Virus record (IMG/VR): IMGVR_UViG_3300027746_000020
Coordinates: 7,704-71,703 of that record
Length of the DNA stretch: 64,000 nt
Source of the DNA: a virus
Direction: 5' to 3' (one strand)
Numbering within the stretch: the first letter of the stretch is position 1; every line of letters begins with the position of its first letter. The notes beneath the pieces are model-generated. The model searched no databases and was not told where the DNA came from. It was given only the letters and a program-made list of their open reading frames with translations. The translations under genes were made by a program, and so were the position numbers. Below are positions 18,201 through 27,050 of this stretch, piece by piece.

Positions 18201-20873
18201 GTCATTAAGCGCATTTAGCGCGGCACCGGCAGCACCATTTTCACCTTCAATCAGCTTCTTGTTGCGAAGCTCAATTTGACGGATAGCGATGTCGGATGTG
18301 AGCTTAAAAATGTCTAGAGCCTTATTGTCAAGCTGCTGCTGCATATCAAACATTTTGTCTTTGTGAGAACGCTCGATGTTCTGGCGTTCTTTGTCAAGAT
18401 CTTTCTGGTCTTTGGCTAGTTGCTTAGCGTTATCAGCCTGAATCTTAAAGTTATCCATTGCGCGATCTCGATCGAGCGCACGGGCGATCTTAGAAATAGC
18501 TAGCTCAATATCAATCTTACGCCTCTCTGTCGCATCTAAGTCATTCTGTTGAATACTTTTCTTGGAGATTCCAGGTTCTACCCCCGAGAGCGATGCGTTA
18601 GGATTTTGAATTGAACCCAGCTGTGCTAATAATTCCGCGAATGAGTTAATACCGGGAGTTTGCATATCATACTTTAAGTCATTGATCTTTTTACGAAGTT
18701 CTTCAAGCTCCTGTATTTTTTTGTTAAAGCTAGTATTTACCACAGATCGTTCAAAGTCACGCGCAGCTTTGGTTGCCGCATCGGCGCTATCTCCAACATC
18801 CTTGTAGGTTGTGGCTAAGCGCACCAACGCAAGTTCAGCCCTCTTGTCCGCTGCAGCCTCTTCCTGGGCTCTTTGAAAACGCATAAATGCGTCTAGCACC
18901 ACCGTGATAGCAACCTGGAATGCAAGTGCAGAGACAAGAGATGAGGCAAGAGATAGGGCCATACCCTTGGCTCCGTTTGCCAAACCTTTCATCCCAACAC
19001 CCATTGTTGTAAATTTAGCACTGGCGTCAGTGGCACCTTTACCTGCTTGTTGAAGAGCTACGGTTAGTTCCGTTAGGGCTACTTTAGCTCCTTTGATAAA
19101 GGCCAGTGGAGTAATAAATGCTGTAGCAACACCAGCTAGTGACAGCATTAGAGCGCCGATAGCCCCGACAAGTGTGCCTATAGTTACAATTACTCCACCA
19201 ATGACTCCGATTACCGTGGCCATAACCGGTCCTACAGTACCCTTGATAAAATTAAATAGCGCAACCATTGTAACTATTGTATCAAGTCCAGCTCTCTTGA
19301 GCAAACCTAGTGTAGTGGTGATTTCACTAAAGTATTTGACTATAGGCTGACTGAGTAAACCAGCATACAATTTGAACAAGCCGCTAAAAGTATTGACAAG
19401 TCCAGCAGCAGCCTCTGTCATATTCGCGATTAGGCTTAAAAGTGTTTCAAAGTTCGCTACTTTAATTTCAAGAAATGTTTTAGCGAGCAGCGCGAACGAC
19501 TGAACTATGTTCTCAACCGTAGGGGCGAGTGCAGCGATAATCCGCGACACAGCACCTATTGATCTATTAGCGACCCTCTCAATAGCGCTAAAGGCTTTGT
19601 CTGCTATATCTCTAGCTTTATCAGCGAATGCGACAGTGCGGTCGCTCTCGGGGGAAGAATCCGCCACCCTACCTCTTACCTGTCCGCTAAAGGCGGTTAT
19701 GATATTACCGACTGTACTTCCCGCTTTGGAGGATATGTCGAAGATCTGCCCCTTAATCTTGTTTAAGGTGTCGAAGACTTTCGTCAACCCTCCGACCAAT
19801 GGACCGAGAAGCCCTGCGCCAAACTTCTGGCCGATCAGTTCCTGAAGATCCTTGATATTCGAGTACACACCTCTGAATCCTTGTGCCGCGATCTTCTGCC
19901 CTGCAACAGCCGCGCCCAGCTTGTCTTGCAAAAATGCGACAATCCCTCCAGCTTTGCTCTTTGCATCTACGATGTCCTTATTCGTGATCCCTAGCGACTT
20001 CGCCAGGTAGGAGTCCATCGTGATGTCGCCCCGTAGGATAGATCCGATCTCCTGGCGGGCCTGGTAAAGGGGTAGTCCGAATGTCCCGAGAGCGGCGGCG
20101 AAGTTGATCGCCAGGTCTTCTGCTTCCTTGAGCCCTCCACCGATTTGACCAATCTGCCCCGCTACGATGCCAAATACCTCGATGACATCATTGGAGGTAA
20201 CTCCAGCCAGCTCAATAGAACGGGCGCGTATACTGTCAATGTTTTGTCCAATCTCGTCGGTGAGGCCAACAATCTTTTGGTACGGGTCGGTGATCTCTGT
20301 GCCGTTTTTGAAAACTCGATTGGTGGAGGCTAGCGTTGTTTGAGTCTTGAGAATTGTCTCCTGGAGTTGGATTTGACGACCAATGGTCTCATCGAAAAGA
20401 CCACCAAAAGCCGCTTTGAGAATGTTGGTGCCTTCCTTTAGAACATAGAGACTGAAGCCGATCTGGGCCAGCTTTGTGACGAGAATGTTTGAGGCGGAGG
20501 AAGCCGAGCGCATCCCGGTTTCCAGGGCACCACTGGCAGTGGAGACTTCTTTGATACCACTCGCTACGCGAGCGATCCTCGGACCAGTGTCCCCAAGCTT
20601 ACGCGCCCATTCCTCTGTTTCCTTAATCGGCTTGAAAACATCGCCGATCACCGGCATATTTTTAGTGGTATCGTAAAACTTGCGAACATTATTTGCTGCT
20701 GAGGTTACTTTGTTCTCAATATCGGCAAAACCTTTTTCGATGTCACTAAACGACGGAATATCGAACTTTAGGTTTCTAGTCTTCTCTACTTTCTCTGCAA
20801 GCTTGTCGATCTTATCTAACTTCTTCTCTGCATCTTGAATATCACTTGTGACCTTTATGTTATAGTCGGTCAC
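15270..20873 (-). CDS. tape measure protein with M23 peptidase and lysozyme-like domains
   Basis: 1867 aa helical/Ala-Gly-rich; HGAQD...YGHI...HLHY (M23); AMGES...GRFQF (lysozyme-like); RASGGPV...YLVGENGPELF C-terminal TMP motif. Confidence 0.92.
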   Translation of the reverse strand: MTDYNIKVTSDIQDAEKKLDKIDKLAEKVEKTRNLKFDIPSFSDIEKGFADIENKVTSAANNVRKFYDTTKNMPVIGDVFKPIKETEEWARKLGDTGPRIARVASGIKEVSTASGALETGMRSASSASNILVTKLAQIGFSLYVLKEGTNILKAAFGGLFDETIGRQIQLQETILKTQTTLASTNRVFKNGTEITDPYQKIVGLTDEIGQNIDSIRARSIELAGVTSNDVIEVFGIVAGQIGQIGGGLKEAEDLAINFAAALGTFGLPLYQARQEIGSILRGDITMDSYLAKSLGITNKDIVDAKSKAGGIVAFLQDKLGAAVAGQKIAAQGFRGVYSNIKDLQELIGQKFGAGLLGPLVGGLTKVFDTLNKIKGQIFDISSKAGSTVGNIITAFSGQVRGRVADSSPESDRTVAFADKARDIADKAFSAIERVANRSIGAVSRIIAALAPTVENIVQSFALLAKTFLEIKVANFETLLSLIANMTEAAAGLVNTFSGLFKLYAGLLSQPIVKYFSEITTTLGLLKRAGLDTIVTMVALFNFIKGTVGPVMATVIGVIGGVIVTIGTLVGAIGALMLSLAGVATAFITPLAFIKGAKVALTELTVALQQAGKGATDASAKFTTMGVGMKGLANGAKGMALSLASSLVSALAFQVAITVVLDAFMRFQRAQEEAAADKRAELALVRLATTYKDVGDSADAATKAARDFERSVVNTSFNKKIQELEELRKKINDLKYDMQTPGINSFAELLAQLGSIQNPNASLSGVEPGISKKSIQQNDLDATERRKIDIELAISKIARALDRDRAMDNFKIQADNAKQLAKDQKDLDKERQNIERSHKDKMFDMQQQLDNKALDIFKLTSDIAIRQIELRNKKLIEGENGAAGAALNALNDYISTKKKAELSLEATKRQLQVQAAALDKSVVDYRLSVEERILAIKERIGKFEMDVANYVLAQKQNEAAVLAAGGQNGEGNILPGGVITPTANGGGFTSPRTRAGGVVEAHGAQDIGAAPGSRVNARLAGTLINILKNFGGNGDAAVVKYDSGETGTYGHIRLGSDMRVGSRVSPGMQIGTINNPPPGYDPHLHYKLVDVMGKLVDPVNTVANSLKIKGNASSTGGGIASNMFRFLSMVAMGESTDNNSAINRSSGTLGRFQFKDSTRTDALTRGLLTPAEAANLLADDKNKQFSAVSKYIRALNPVAAGYIDAGDFNNAELMLSGARVGKGGNALFTSLKGGAEAATGPRRAAMEKALGSGNSAVPTAFTVSQPVMNLKNLPAIQTREYRDAVDALKALNTQFAALQARLDTINSKAQFTDILKNLYPKRDFKELDNSVENLKISLRTISEEAGKAFDPEIYQIDMEEAKAKAAINEQTLIWLQKYKNLKGVTAQEVAALEKDEAARREVFLADLEKEYDLKRELVVLTRAQKYAVELKDNIEQATTRQSLSMLQMQSDRSALFRAKNDYVGARLSSTNLQIEQERLSKSQELKDPATSFLFERNAAALRSSAVALGNFEGATAKVAEKLAMAHEATSTFITGFKGIFRAALSGGDIGESVKSFTEGFTGKILDMFSEYAFNPLEKQMDAVFSKFLGVKNDPMVANTTALTNVSTAVDNLTAALYSSATGAVNNIVNGPRSLSGVQTSFPATLSSFSPESAFGAAAPGMDTSTALASVTKNLKEIAPAATQAASGLQTTLGGITSLATGAATIFGGISQMGKGGTFNTLTGLAGIFGGIGGLLGGGLFSTGGLFGGARASGGPVLPNRSYLVGENGPELFSPSGSGSILPANATAGMFQETRAALTPMGTPSSPSPMTLSGGDINVKYDAQTIGSVNYVTEEQFRKGMRQAAHQGRDLAYSGMHGDPRIRKALGLG

Positions 20874-20919
20874 GGGCTCGTGGAGGGGTATATGCTTTAC
20901 ACCAGGCTATCGCCGAGGC

Positions 20920-21426
20920 TCACCCCTCGTTCAGGCTCGGGGGCACTTTCAGCAGGGCGTCCTTGACCTTGAGTGGAATTCTTCCGGTCGAGGCTAGCTT
21001 TTCAATGATTTTCTTGGTACTGGACTTGAGTAGCCCAGTTTCTGTGTCTGTATCCTCGCTGGGGTGTTTAAGTTCAGGGAATGGGAGGAAACTCTTAGGT
21101 GGTACATCAGGGACGTCTTTATCCCCATAGACTTGACGGTGTAGGTATTGAATTAGGTAGTGGACCCCCTGAGCTGCTGTTACAGAAGCGACGTTGGAGT
21201 CGTATTTTGCCCTGAAGTCAATATCCGCTAAAAGCTCGCGAATGGTAGATAGCGGTGTACGAAGGAAGCGTTCTGCTGGAAAATCTGCGCCAATGTATGA
21301 GCCTCGTATAACGAGATAGACCTCCTCCCAGTTGGTCTCTCCTTGACGTAATACTGACCTAAGATCAGCGATAACTTTGTCTAAGTCGAAGTTTTCGCTT
21401 TGGGGGTCGTCGTAGCAGGCTCGTTT
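20920..21426 (-). CDS. tail assembly chaperone, -1 frameshift extension (lambda gpT-like); absent from ORF track
   Basis: ~168 open codons (KRACYDDPQSENFDLDKVIADLRSVLRQGETNWEEVY...PPSLNEG*) in the -1 frame after slippery G GGA AAC, with no ATG. Confidence 0.85.
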   Translation of the reverse strand, partial: KRACYDDPQSENFDLDKVIADLRSVLRQGETNWEEVYLVIRGSYIGADFPAERFLRTPLSTIRELLADIDFRAKYDSNVASVTAAQGVHYLIQYLHRQVYGDKDVPDVPPKSFLPFPELKHPSEDTDTETGLLKSSTKKIIEKLASTGRIPLKVKDALLKVPPSLNEG

Positions 21427-21935
21427 CCCACTTGCCCTTTTTTATCCGAGTCAGGCCAGCCATCACGTTCCCAGAGAATGAACTGCCTCATGGCCTGTAA
21501 GACACCACGATGGACGCCTTCAGTGTCTTCAGTTGTCCAGTCAGTTGTTTTGATGTATTCACTCTCTTCGGGGAGTTTAACTTCACCTCTATATTGCATC
21601 AACACCGTACCATACTTCACCAAAGCATCAATATCATCCTCTACTGATTCATTGAGCTTAGTGAGTTCAGGAAGATAGGAGTAGACGAGTTCCTCGTTCT
21701 CGGGAGCACTAGCGTTGGACAACACTTCCAAGGCTTGCTTGTTTGTAAGGCCATTCTCTTTGGCAATCTTCCTTGCCAATTCCATTGACCCCAGATTGGC
21801 CTGGGCTGATGCTTTCTCAATGGCACTGATGGCCTTGATCTCACCGGGTGTAAGATCATTAAAAATTGGAAATCGGAAAGGTCCGATTTCGTGATATTGC
21901 TCGGTCGTAAATAAGAGGCTTGTGTATTTAGCCAT
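21381..21935 (-). CDS. tail assembly chaperone (lambda gpG-like)
   Basis: Acidic 184 aa between major tail gene and TMP; carries slippery site. Confidence 0.8.
   Translation of the reverse strand: MAKYTSLLFTTEQYHEIGPFRFPIFNDLTPGEIKAISAIEKASAQANLGSMELARKIAKENGLTNKQALEVLSNASAPENEELVYSYLPELTKLNESVEDDIDALVKYGTVLMQYRGEVKLPEESEYIKTTDWTTEDTEGVHRGVLQAMRQFILWERDGWPDSDKKGQVGNEPATTTPKAKTST
21423..21429 (-). other. programmed -1 ribosomal frameshift site GGGAAAC
   Basis: In-frame X XXY YYZ heptamer (GTG GGA AAC) near the 3' end of the chaperone gene. Confidence 0.85.
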
Positions 21936-22173
21936 GGTGGATAGGCAGCTCTACGTTCCATGCCCTGGTAGGGGTCGGTCGGTGGAGCAGATCTTCGGGG
22001 AGGGATACCGCAAGTGTAGCATCGCCGGAGGAAAGATGGACAATTTGGGATTGAATCAAGGGTTCAATGTACATAGCCCCGACATGTAGAAGTTCTCCTG
22101 TCAGTGTACAGTCGATAGCAAAGATTGTACAGATGGGATCTAGGAGCAATTCATAGGTCGAGGATTTTGACAT
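21928..22173 (-). CDS. hypothetical protein
   Basis: 81 aa ORF overlapping chaperone start. Confidence 0.6.
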   Translation of the reverse strand: MSKSSTYELLLDPICTIFAIDCTLTGELLHVGAMYIEPLIQSQIVHLSSGDATLAVSLPEDLLHRPTPTRAWNVELPIHHG

Positions 22174-22192
22174 TGGCTAAGAACAACCTTCC

Positions 22193-22219
22193 AAAGAAAA
22201 AGCCCCCGAGGACGGGGGC
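22193..22219 (-). terminator. intrinsic terminator after major tail gene
   Basis: Minus strand GCCCCCG-TCCT-CGGGGGC-TTTTTCTTT. Confidence 0.85.
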
Positions 22220-22240
22220 GGAGAGACGGTGAAACCAGGA

Positions 22241-23269
22241 TCAGGCAGTACGGAAGCTGGTAGAGAAGCCACCCATGTTCCGGCGGGTGCCGGTTGCGCT
22301 GGCAGTGCCGGTTGAGTCCACGGCTTGAACAACAGCCCCATCCCTGACGATGAACTTGTAGTTGGTGGCAGCGGCCAAAGCTGTCGCTGGGGTGATGGTG
22401 GCGACGGCTGTACCGGTGTTGTAGGCCACGCTGCAGGGCACCTGGACCCCGGTCGAGGCCAGCTCCAGGCGGAATCCAGAACCATCGGTCTGACCCAGGC
22501 TGGTCTGGGTCAGCGCGAGTGTGCCGTTGCTGGTGTAGGTGACCGTGAGCGGCGCGGTGGTCACGATCGCTGTGGCGTTGTCAGCAGGAACCGGAGCGTA
22601 CCGGCGGGTGCCGGAGGACAGAGTGGCGTTAAAGGTTTGCAGCAGGCCGCTCTGTACTGAGCCGTAGCTCAAACGGACGGAGCCTGCGTCGTAGAGACCG
22701 GAGACAACGCGACCCCGCCCGATTAGGTCGTAGGAGACTTGAGTGAGGTTCTGGGGATCGACACCAGGCTTGAGGTTCTGCACCGAGCAGTTGACCCCGG
22801 TGAAGGAGTAGATCCAGTTGCCGCTAGTACCGTTGGCTTGGCCGAGTTCCTGCAGGATCTCCAGGTAGATCTCAGTGTCGTCGGTCTGGGTGGCGAGTTC
22901 AAGAATTCGGTAACCTTCTTCGTAGGCGCCACGGAAAGCAGGCACGGTGGCACCCGCTGGGTACTCCATGTCCTTCATCAGGAAGGAGGTGATGGAGCCC
23001 TGCCAACCTGCACCAGTCTTGCGGCTGTCTTCCCAGTTGTCATCGCCCAAGAGGCGGAACTTATTGTCTTTGTCAGTCTTTGACCAGTTCAGGGATTGGA
23101 TACCCTGAATTTCGGTGTAGGTCACACCAGTGTCCAACGTCGGAAGGGTGATGAAACCAGCAGAGTTCCTAGAGCCGAAGTAACGGGCACCAAGAGGAAG
23201 TGCGATACAGCGCACGATGGTGTCGGAAGCGTCGTGAAAACTCTGGCCGACAGCGTAGTCGTAAGGCAT
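22241..23269 (-). CDS. major tail protein with C-terminal Ig-like domain
   Basis: Position upstream of chaperone; C-terminal PAD.AT.I...LTVTY...ATITP...L.....Y...V Ig-like pattern; followed by terminator. Confidence 0.8.
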   Translation of the reverse strand: MPYDYAVGQSFHDASDTIVRCIALPLGARYFGSRNSAGFITLPTLDTGVTYTEIQGIQSLNWSKTDKDNKFRLLGDDNWEDSRKTGAGWQGSITSFLMKDMEYPAGATVPAFRGAYEEGYRILELATQTDDTEIYLEILQELGQANGTSGNWIYSFTGVNCSVQNLKPGVDPQNLTQVSYDLIGRGRVVSGLYDAGSVRLSYGSVQSGLLQTFNATLSSGTRRYAPVPADNATAIVTTAPLTVTYTSNGTLALTQTSLGQTDGSGFRLELASTGVQVPCSVAYNTGTAVATITPATALAAATNYKFIVRDGAVVQAVDSTGTASATGTRRNMGGFSTSFRTA

Positions 23270-23278
23270 GGAGATTCC

Positions 23279-23761
23279 TCAGGGACGGAGGATAGGGCTG
23301 ATGGAGGTTCCGCGAAAGCGGGCTGTCAGGGATTCCAAGGCAACCTCGGACCTGGGCATGTACCGAAGGTTAGCTGTGGTGAAAAGCCGTCCCATTCGGG
23401 ACTGGATCTCACGAAGAGTCAGGGTATTTTGGGTCGTCTCTAAGAAACCGAAGTTGGTGAATGTGATCTTCCATGTGGAGACAGCGATGACCTGACCTTT
23501 ACCTGGAATGATGGACTCATCGGGGACTTCAGTGATAATGCACTGAATGCCAGAAGGTTTCCAGGTTGAGGGGACCAGGGTCGAACCTTCGACATAGACG
23601 CTTGGTATAATCTGCCCTGTTTTAGTGGTGAATAGCCCTGGCCATAGAGAGATCGGCTTGAGCGTGATGTCATCAGTTTCGTAATACTCCAGAACATCAC
23701 GCTCAATCGGATAGCGGATATGTGCCGCTGTGGGTTGGTATGTCCCGCCGCTTACTGTCAT
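23279..23761 (-). CDS. tail terminator/completion protein (by synteny)
   Basis: Start MTVSGG at 23761 with ATGA overlap to upstream stop. Confidence 0.55.
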   Translation of the reverse strand: MTVSGGTYQPTAAHIRYPIERDVLEYYETDDITLKPISLWPGLFTTKTGQIIPSVYVEGSTLVPSTWKPSGIQCIITEVPDESIIPGKGQVIAVSTWKITFTNFGFLETTQNTLTLREIQSRMGRLFTTANLRYMPRSEVALESLTARFRGTSISPILRP

Positions 23762-24135
23762 GACTTTGTACCCCGTAAATTCTCTGCAAGAAGCTTCGCG
23801 TACATCGCGGGGAGTTCTTTGATAGGGTCTCGCGTCCAGGGGCGACCTGGGAATCGAACGCCCTCGGGGGAGGTGCCTCCTTCGTGAACTTCGGTTGAGT
23901 AGTCCGCCTCCCAAGTGATCTCGAAGCCACCGCTGGGGAGCATGCGAGGTTGGGCGCTATCCCGCAACCGGCCGGTATCGACGATGTCGCGAATCTTGGG
24001 GTTGGTAGGATAGGCCCATTCAGGGGAGTTCATCTCCTCCCGGCATCGCCGGTTGAACCAAACTGCAAGATCCTCCAGCGTCTGCCGATGAGCGTTGTCG
24101 AAATCCTGAGATATTGACCGCACAGCGATTGGCAT
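23758..24135 (-). CDS. HK97 gp10-like neck/tail completion protein
   Basis: IVDTGRLRDS ... YSTEVHEG ... PGRPW motif. Confidence 0.75.
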   Translation of the reverse strand: MPIAVRSISQDFDNAHRQTLEDLAVWFNRRCREEMNSPEWAYPTNPKIRDIVDTGRLRDSAQPRMLPSGGFEITWEADYSTEVHEGGTSPEGVRFPGRPWTRDPIKELPAMYAKLLAENLRGTKS

Positions 24136-24530
24136 CAGCCACCTCCAGTGACGCGGAACGTCCCCTGAACCATCTGTCGAATGTCGATTCGGGCGGCTTG
24201 ATCCATGCTGAGATCAAAGATCAATTCAAACCGGCCTACCAACCCGTTGATTCGGGCAACAGCTTGGGAGCCATTGGTGATACGAGGGTCCAACGTGCTC
24301 GGGGAGAGGAGCCTCCCGGAGGTGGCGTAGAGGGCTTGATCGGAGCCAGGAGCAGACTTCCAGTCGGGTCGCTGGATGGTCAATGCAGCTAGATACTCCA
24401 ACGTTGTCATTCCGAATATGTAGTTCCCTGTCGCCGGATCTAAGGTCGCCTGAGGTGTCGCAACTTCAAACGCAAGCTCTGCGTTACCCCAAGGTGCGTA
24501 CGCAGCAATTAACTCGGGGTTGATAGCCAT
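24135..24530 (-). CDS. head closure/head-tail joining protein (by synteny)
   Basis: DPATGN motif; position after adaptor. Confidence 0.55.
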   Translation of the reverse strand: MAINPELIAAYAPWGNAELAFEVATPQATLDPATGNYIFGMTTLEYLAALTIQRPDWKSAPGSDQALYATSGRLLSPSTLDPRITNGSQAVARINGLVGRFELIFDLSMDQAARIDIRQMVQGTFRVTGGG

Positions 24531-24542
24531 CCCAGTGGTCCT

Positions 24543-24884
24543 TTAATAAAATAGATCTGATGCAGACGAATACGCAAATCCGCATACGGGAAGACAATCC
24601 CGCATGCGTTTGTACTCCTGGCCGTAAAGGGTCGCGTCGTAGCCCATACCTACAGCTTGTCCCGAGGGCGATCCGACTTGCGTACCAATCTGTATGACCC
24701 GTTGGGCTAATAAATGTGCTGTGAGGTAGGCAACAGCGTCGGTGCGGATCCCTTCATCACTCCAGACGTCAGCCGGGGTGTCGCGCTCGGCTTTGTCGAT
24801 CATTAACTCGATGACCGTGACCTGCTGCTCACCGAACTCGGGGAATCGACTCAGGAAGGTGGGGCTGGTCAGCGGCAGGCCCAT
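24543..24884 (-). CDS. head-tail adaptor, DUF4054-like
   Basis: FLSRFPEF ... YLTAH ... TLYGQEY signature. Confidence 0.8.
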   Translation of the reverse strand: MGLPLTSPTFLSRFPEFGEQQVTVIELMIDKAERDTPADVWSDEGIRTDAVAYLTAHLLAQRVIQIGTQVGSPSGQAVGMGYDATLYGQEYKRMRDCLPVCGFAYSSASDLFY

Positions 24885-24888
24885 CTGA

Positions 24889-25320
24889 TCAGTCCCCGCC
24901 GGTCAGCGTGTTGATGCGACGGGCGATAGCTTGGCGGATAGGCACCCGCTGCTCGTCAGCGAGCCAGGCATCGAGCTTTTGAAGGTCATGGGTTGAGGCC
25001 ACGACCTTCACAGCATCGGGGATCTGGAGGTTGGTGATGGAAACCTCATCAGGGACTTTGAGGTCGTCCTTGTTCAGAGTTTCCTTGACTTCAGCCGCTT
25101 CCATAACCCGTAGGGCCCCGAGGTCGAGCAGCCTACGGGTGTACTCCTTCTCCTGGATCTTCTCCCACTCGTCTTCTTCGACTTTGTTCAGTCCGTCACG
25201 AATACGAATAGTCGTGCTCTCCCCCGTAACCTCTGCGATAAACGAGAAGTTGATCGAACACTCCGGCGCCATCGGAGGATTTTCAAGCTCGGGGGAGTAG
25301 AAGAGGTTGACACTAGCCAT
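24889..25320 (-). CDS. hypothetical head-associated protein
   Basis: 143 aa acidic ORF directly after capsid gene. Confidence 0.65.
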   Translation of the reverse strand: MASVNLFYSPELENPPMAPECSINFSFIAEVTGESTTIRIRDGLNKVEEDEWEKIQEKEYTRRLLDLGALRVMEAAEVKETLNKDDLKVPDEVSITNLQIPDAVKVVASTHDLQKLDAWLADEQRVPIRQAIARRINTLTGGD

Positions 25321-25364
25321 GAGCGGGGAAGACCCTAAAGGATTCAGGAACAGGTTACAGCTTA

Positions 25365-26282
25365 TCAGGCTTTCTCCATGACCATCACCGAACGGGGGTA
25401 GTAGATAGCCACACCACCGTGACGAGCGTGGGCCGGAACGGTGTATTCCAGGCCCTGCAGTTGAGGCGCGAAGAACTCCAGGGGTTGCGGGAGGTGCATC
25501 TCCAGCTTGTCCGGGTTGCGGTTGTAGCAGATGATCCGGTCCTTGGACAGGAAACCACCGGAGTTGGCAGCGGTGAGTTCGTTGATGGGTTCGATGTCCT
25601 TGATCACTTCATTGGTGTCAAGGAAGAACTGCATCACGGTAGTGTCGGAAACAGTTCCGAGCTTTGTGGTGCTGATCTTGCGGAAGACGTTGTAGGGCAC
25701 CAACAGGGTGTCCGGCTGCTCCTTCATGTTGCTGTTGTTCACGATCCGAGTGACCGGCTCGTTCAGCAGCTCCAGTTGCTCATCTGCAGTAATAGCGGCG
25801 GTGTCGAACCACTTGTCAGGAACGATCTTGTCGAGCTGGTCGGAGTTAAAGAAGCCGCGAAGACCGGCTGCGGAATCACCGAAATAGGCGAGACGCTGCA
25901 TCGTCTCTTCATAGACACGACGGACGGCATTGGCCCGACGCTGTTCAAGATTGGTATTGGGGACTTCCGCAGCCGCCCGGAGTTCCTGCATCGTGTAGCC
26001 GAAGGACGAACCGTAGGATTCCACTTTGTGGGTGACCTCCTTGCGGAAGACATCGGCGCGGGGCAGATCCTTCGCCTTGTCGGCGATCCGCCGCATGGAA
26101 CCCTGTTGGTCGTAGATGCGGTATGTGTAGCTATCCTTGCCACGGGACACTTCCCCGTTGATGGGGAGGATCATAGAGTATCTGATGTCCGCGTATTGGA
26201 CTTCAAATGCCTTGGGTAGGATGTGCTCAAGTTCCCTCGCGAGGAAGAAACCGATGTTGTCGAGGCGGATGTCGTTAGGCAT
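25365..26282 (-). CDS. major capsid protein (DUF2184-like, HK97 fold)
   Basis: FLARELEHI....FEV.Y, FGYTMQELRAA, AYFGD...L.G..N, GGVAIYYP; start at MPNDIRLD. Confidence 0.9.
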   Translation of the reverse strand: MPNDIRLDNIGFFLARELEHILPKAFEVQYADIRYSMILPINGEVSRGKDSYTYRIYDQQGSMRRIADKAKDLPRADVFRKEVTHKVESYGSSFGYTMQELRAAAEVPNTNLEQRRANAVRRVYEETMQRLAYFGDSAAGLRGFFNSDQLDKIVPDKWFDTAAITADEQLELLNEPVTRIVNNSNMKEQPDTLLVPYNVFRKISTTKLGTVSDTTVMQFFLDTNEVIKDIEPINELTAANSGGFLSKDRIICYNRNPDKLEMHLPQPLEFFAPQLQGLEYTVPAHARHGGVAIYYPRSVMVMEKA

Positions 26283-26368
26283 GATCAGAGCCTCTCGCGA
26301 GGGAAAACAGGAGGTAGAAGGAGGGGGTTGAGGTGTGGGAAGAGCCACCAGAGGCGGCCCTAAGGTGA

Positions 26369-26998
26369 TCAGACGTCAGCGGTGAACGTGGCGGCAGCCA
26401 TCTCGATCTCCAGGAGAGCGAGGCCAGCAGCCGAGGTCTTGGTCAACCAACGGGCGCCGTTGGTGATCTGGGTCGTCCGGGTGCCCGAGGCGGTCTTGCA
26501 GAACCGGCCCAGGAAGGAGCCAGCGGTCGTGCCGGAGTAGTCGGTATCCCAGAAGCGGACAGCGTCGGTGAGGCCCACGGCCTCGGTGACGAACACCCAG
26601 ATCTGGCCCCGGCGGAGGACATTGACAGCCTTCCGGTTGGGATAACCGGTACGACCGTCCGAGTAGAGGTTGGTGCCGGGGATACCACTGGAGGTCGACA
26701 GGTAGCTGGCGTTTCCAGAAGTGACACCCTCGAATGTGAAGGAGTCGATCAGGATGCCCATGTTCCCGGTGGTGCCGGTTGCCAGGGTGACAGCGTTGTC
26801 GTCCCGACCAGTGGTTGTGTCAACCTGGACGAGAGCCCCAAAGGGCAGAGCCGCGCCGGTCTGATTGATCCCGGAGAAGGGGTCGTACGAATTCATGTTG
26901 CCCAGCATGCCTTCGTGGGCGGCCACGGAGGTGAAGGGATAGCTGGACTGCACCCCGATAGGGGTGGTGACCGTGGTCGGGGTGAAAGCTACAGCCAT
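26369..26998 (-). CDS. capsid decoration/cement protein
   Basis: LPFGALV and VNVLRRGQIWV motifs; between protease and capsid. Confidence 0.75.
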   Translation of the reverse strand: MAVAFTPTTVTTPIGVQSSYPFTSVAAHEGMLGNMNSYDPFSGINQTGAALPFGALVQVDTTTGRDDNAVTLATGTTGNMGILIDSFTFEGVTSGNASYLSTSSGIPGTNLYSDGRTGYPNRKAVNVLRRGQIWVFVTEAVGLTDAVRFWDTDYSGTTAGSFLGRFCKTASGTRTTQITNGARWLTKTSAAGLALLEIEMAAATFTADV

Positions 26999-27050
26999 GA
27001 GGTAAGACGGCTACGCCGCAGGAAAGGGGTTGATTGATGGGGGATAAAGA

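Noticed and set aside
25365-26282. Encapsulin nanocompartment
   Set aside because: Sits in a complete terminase-portal-protease-tail context, so it is a phage capsid
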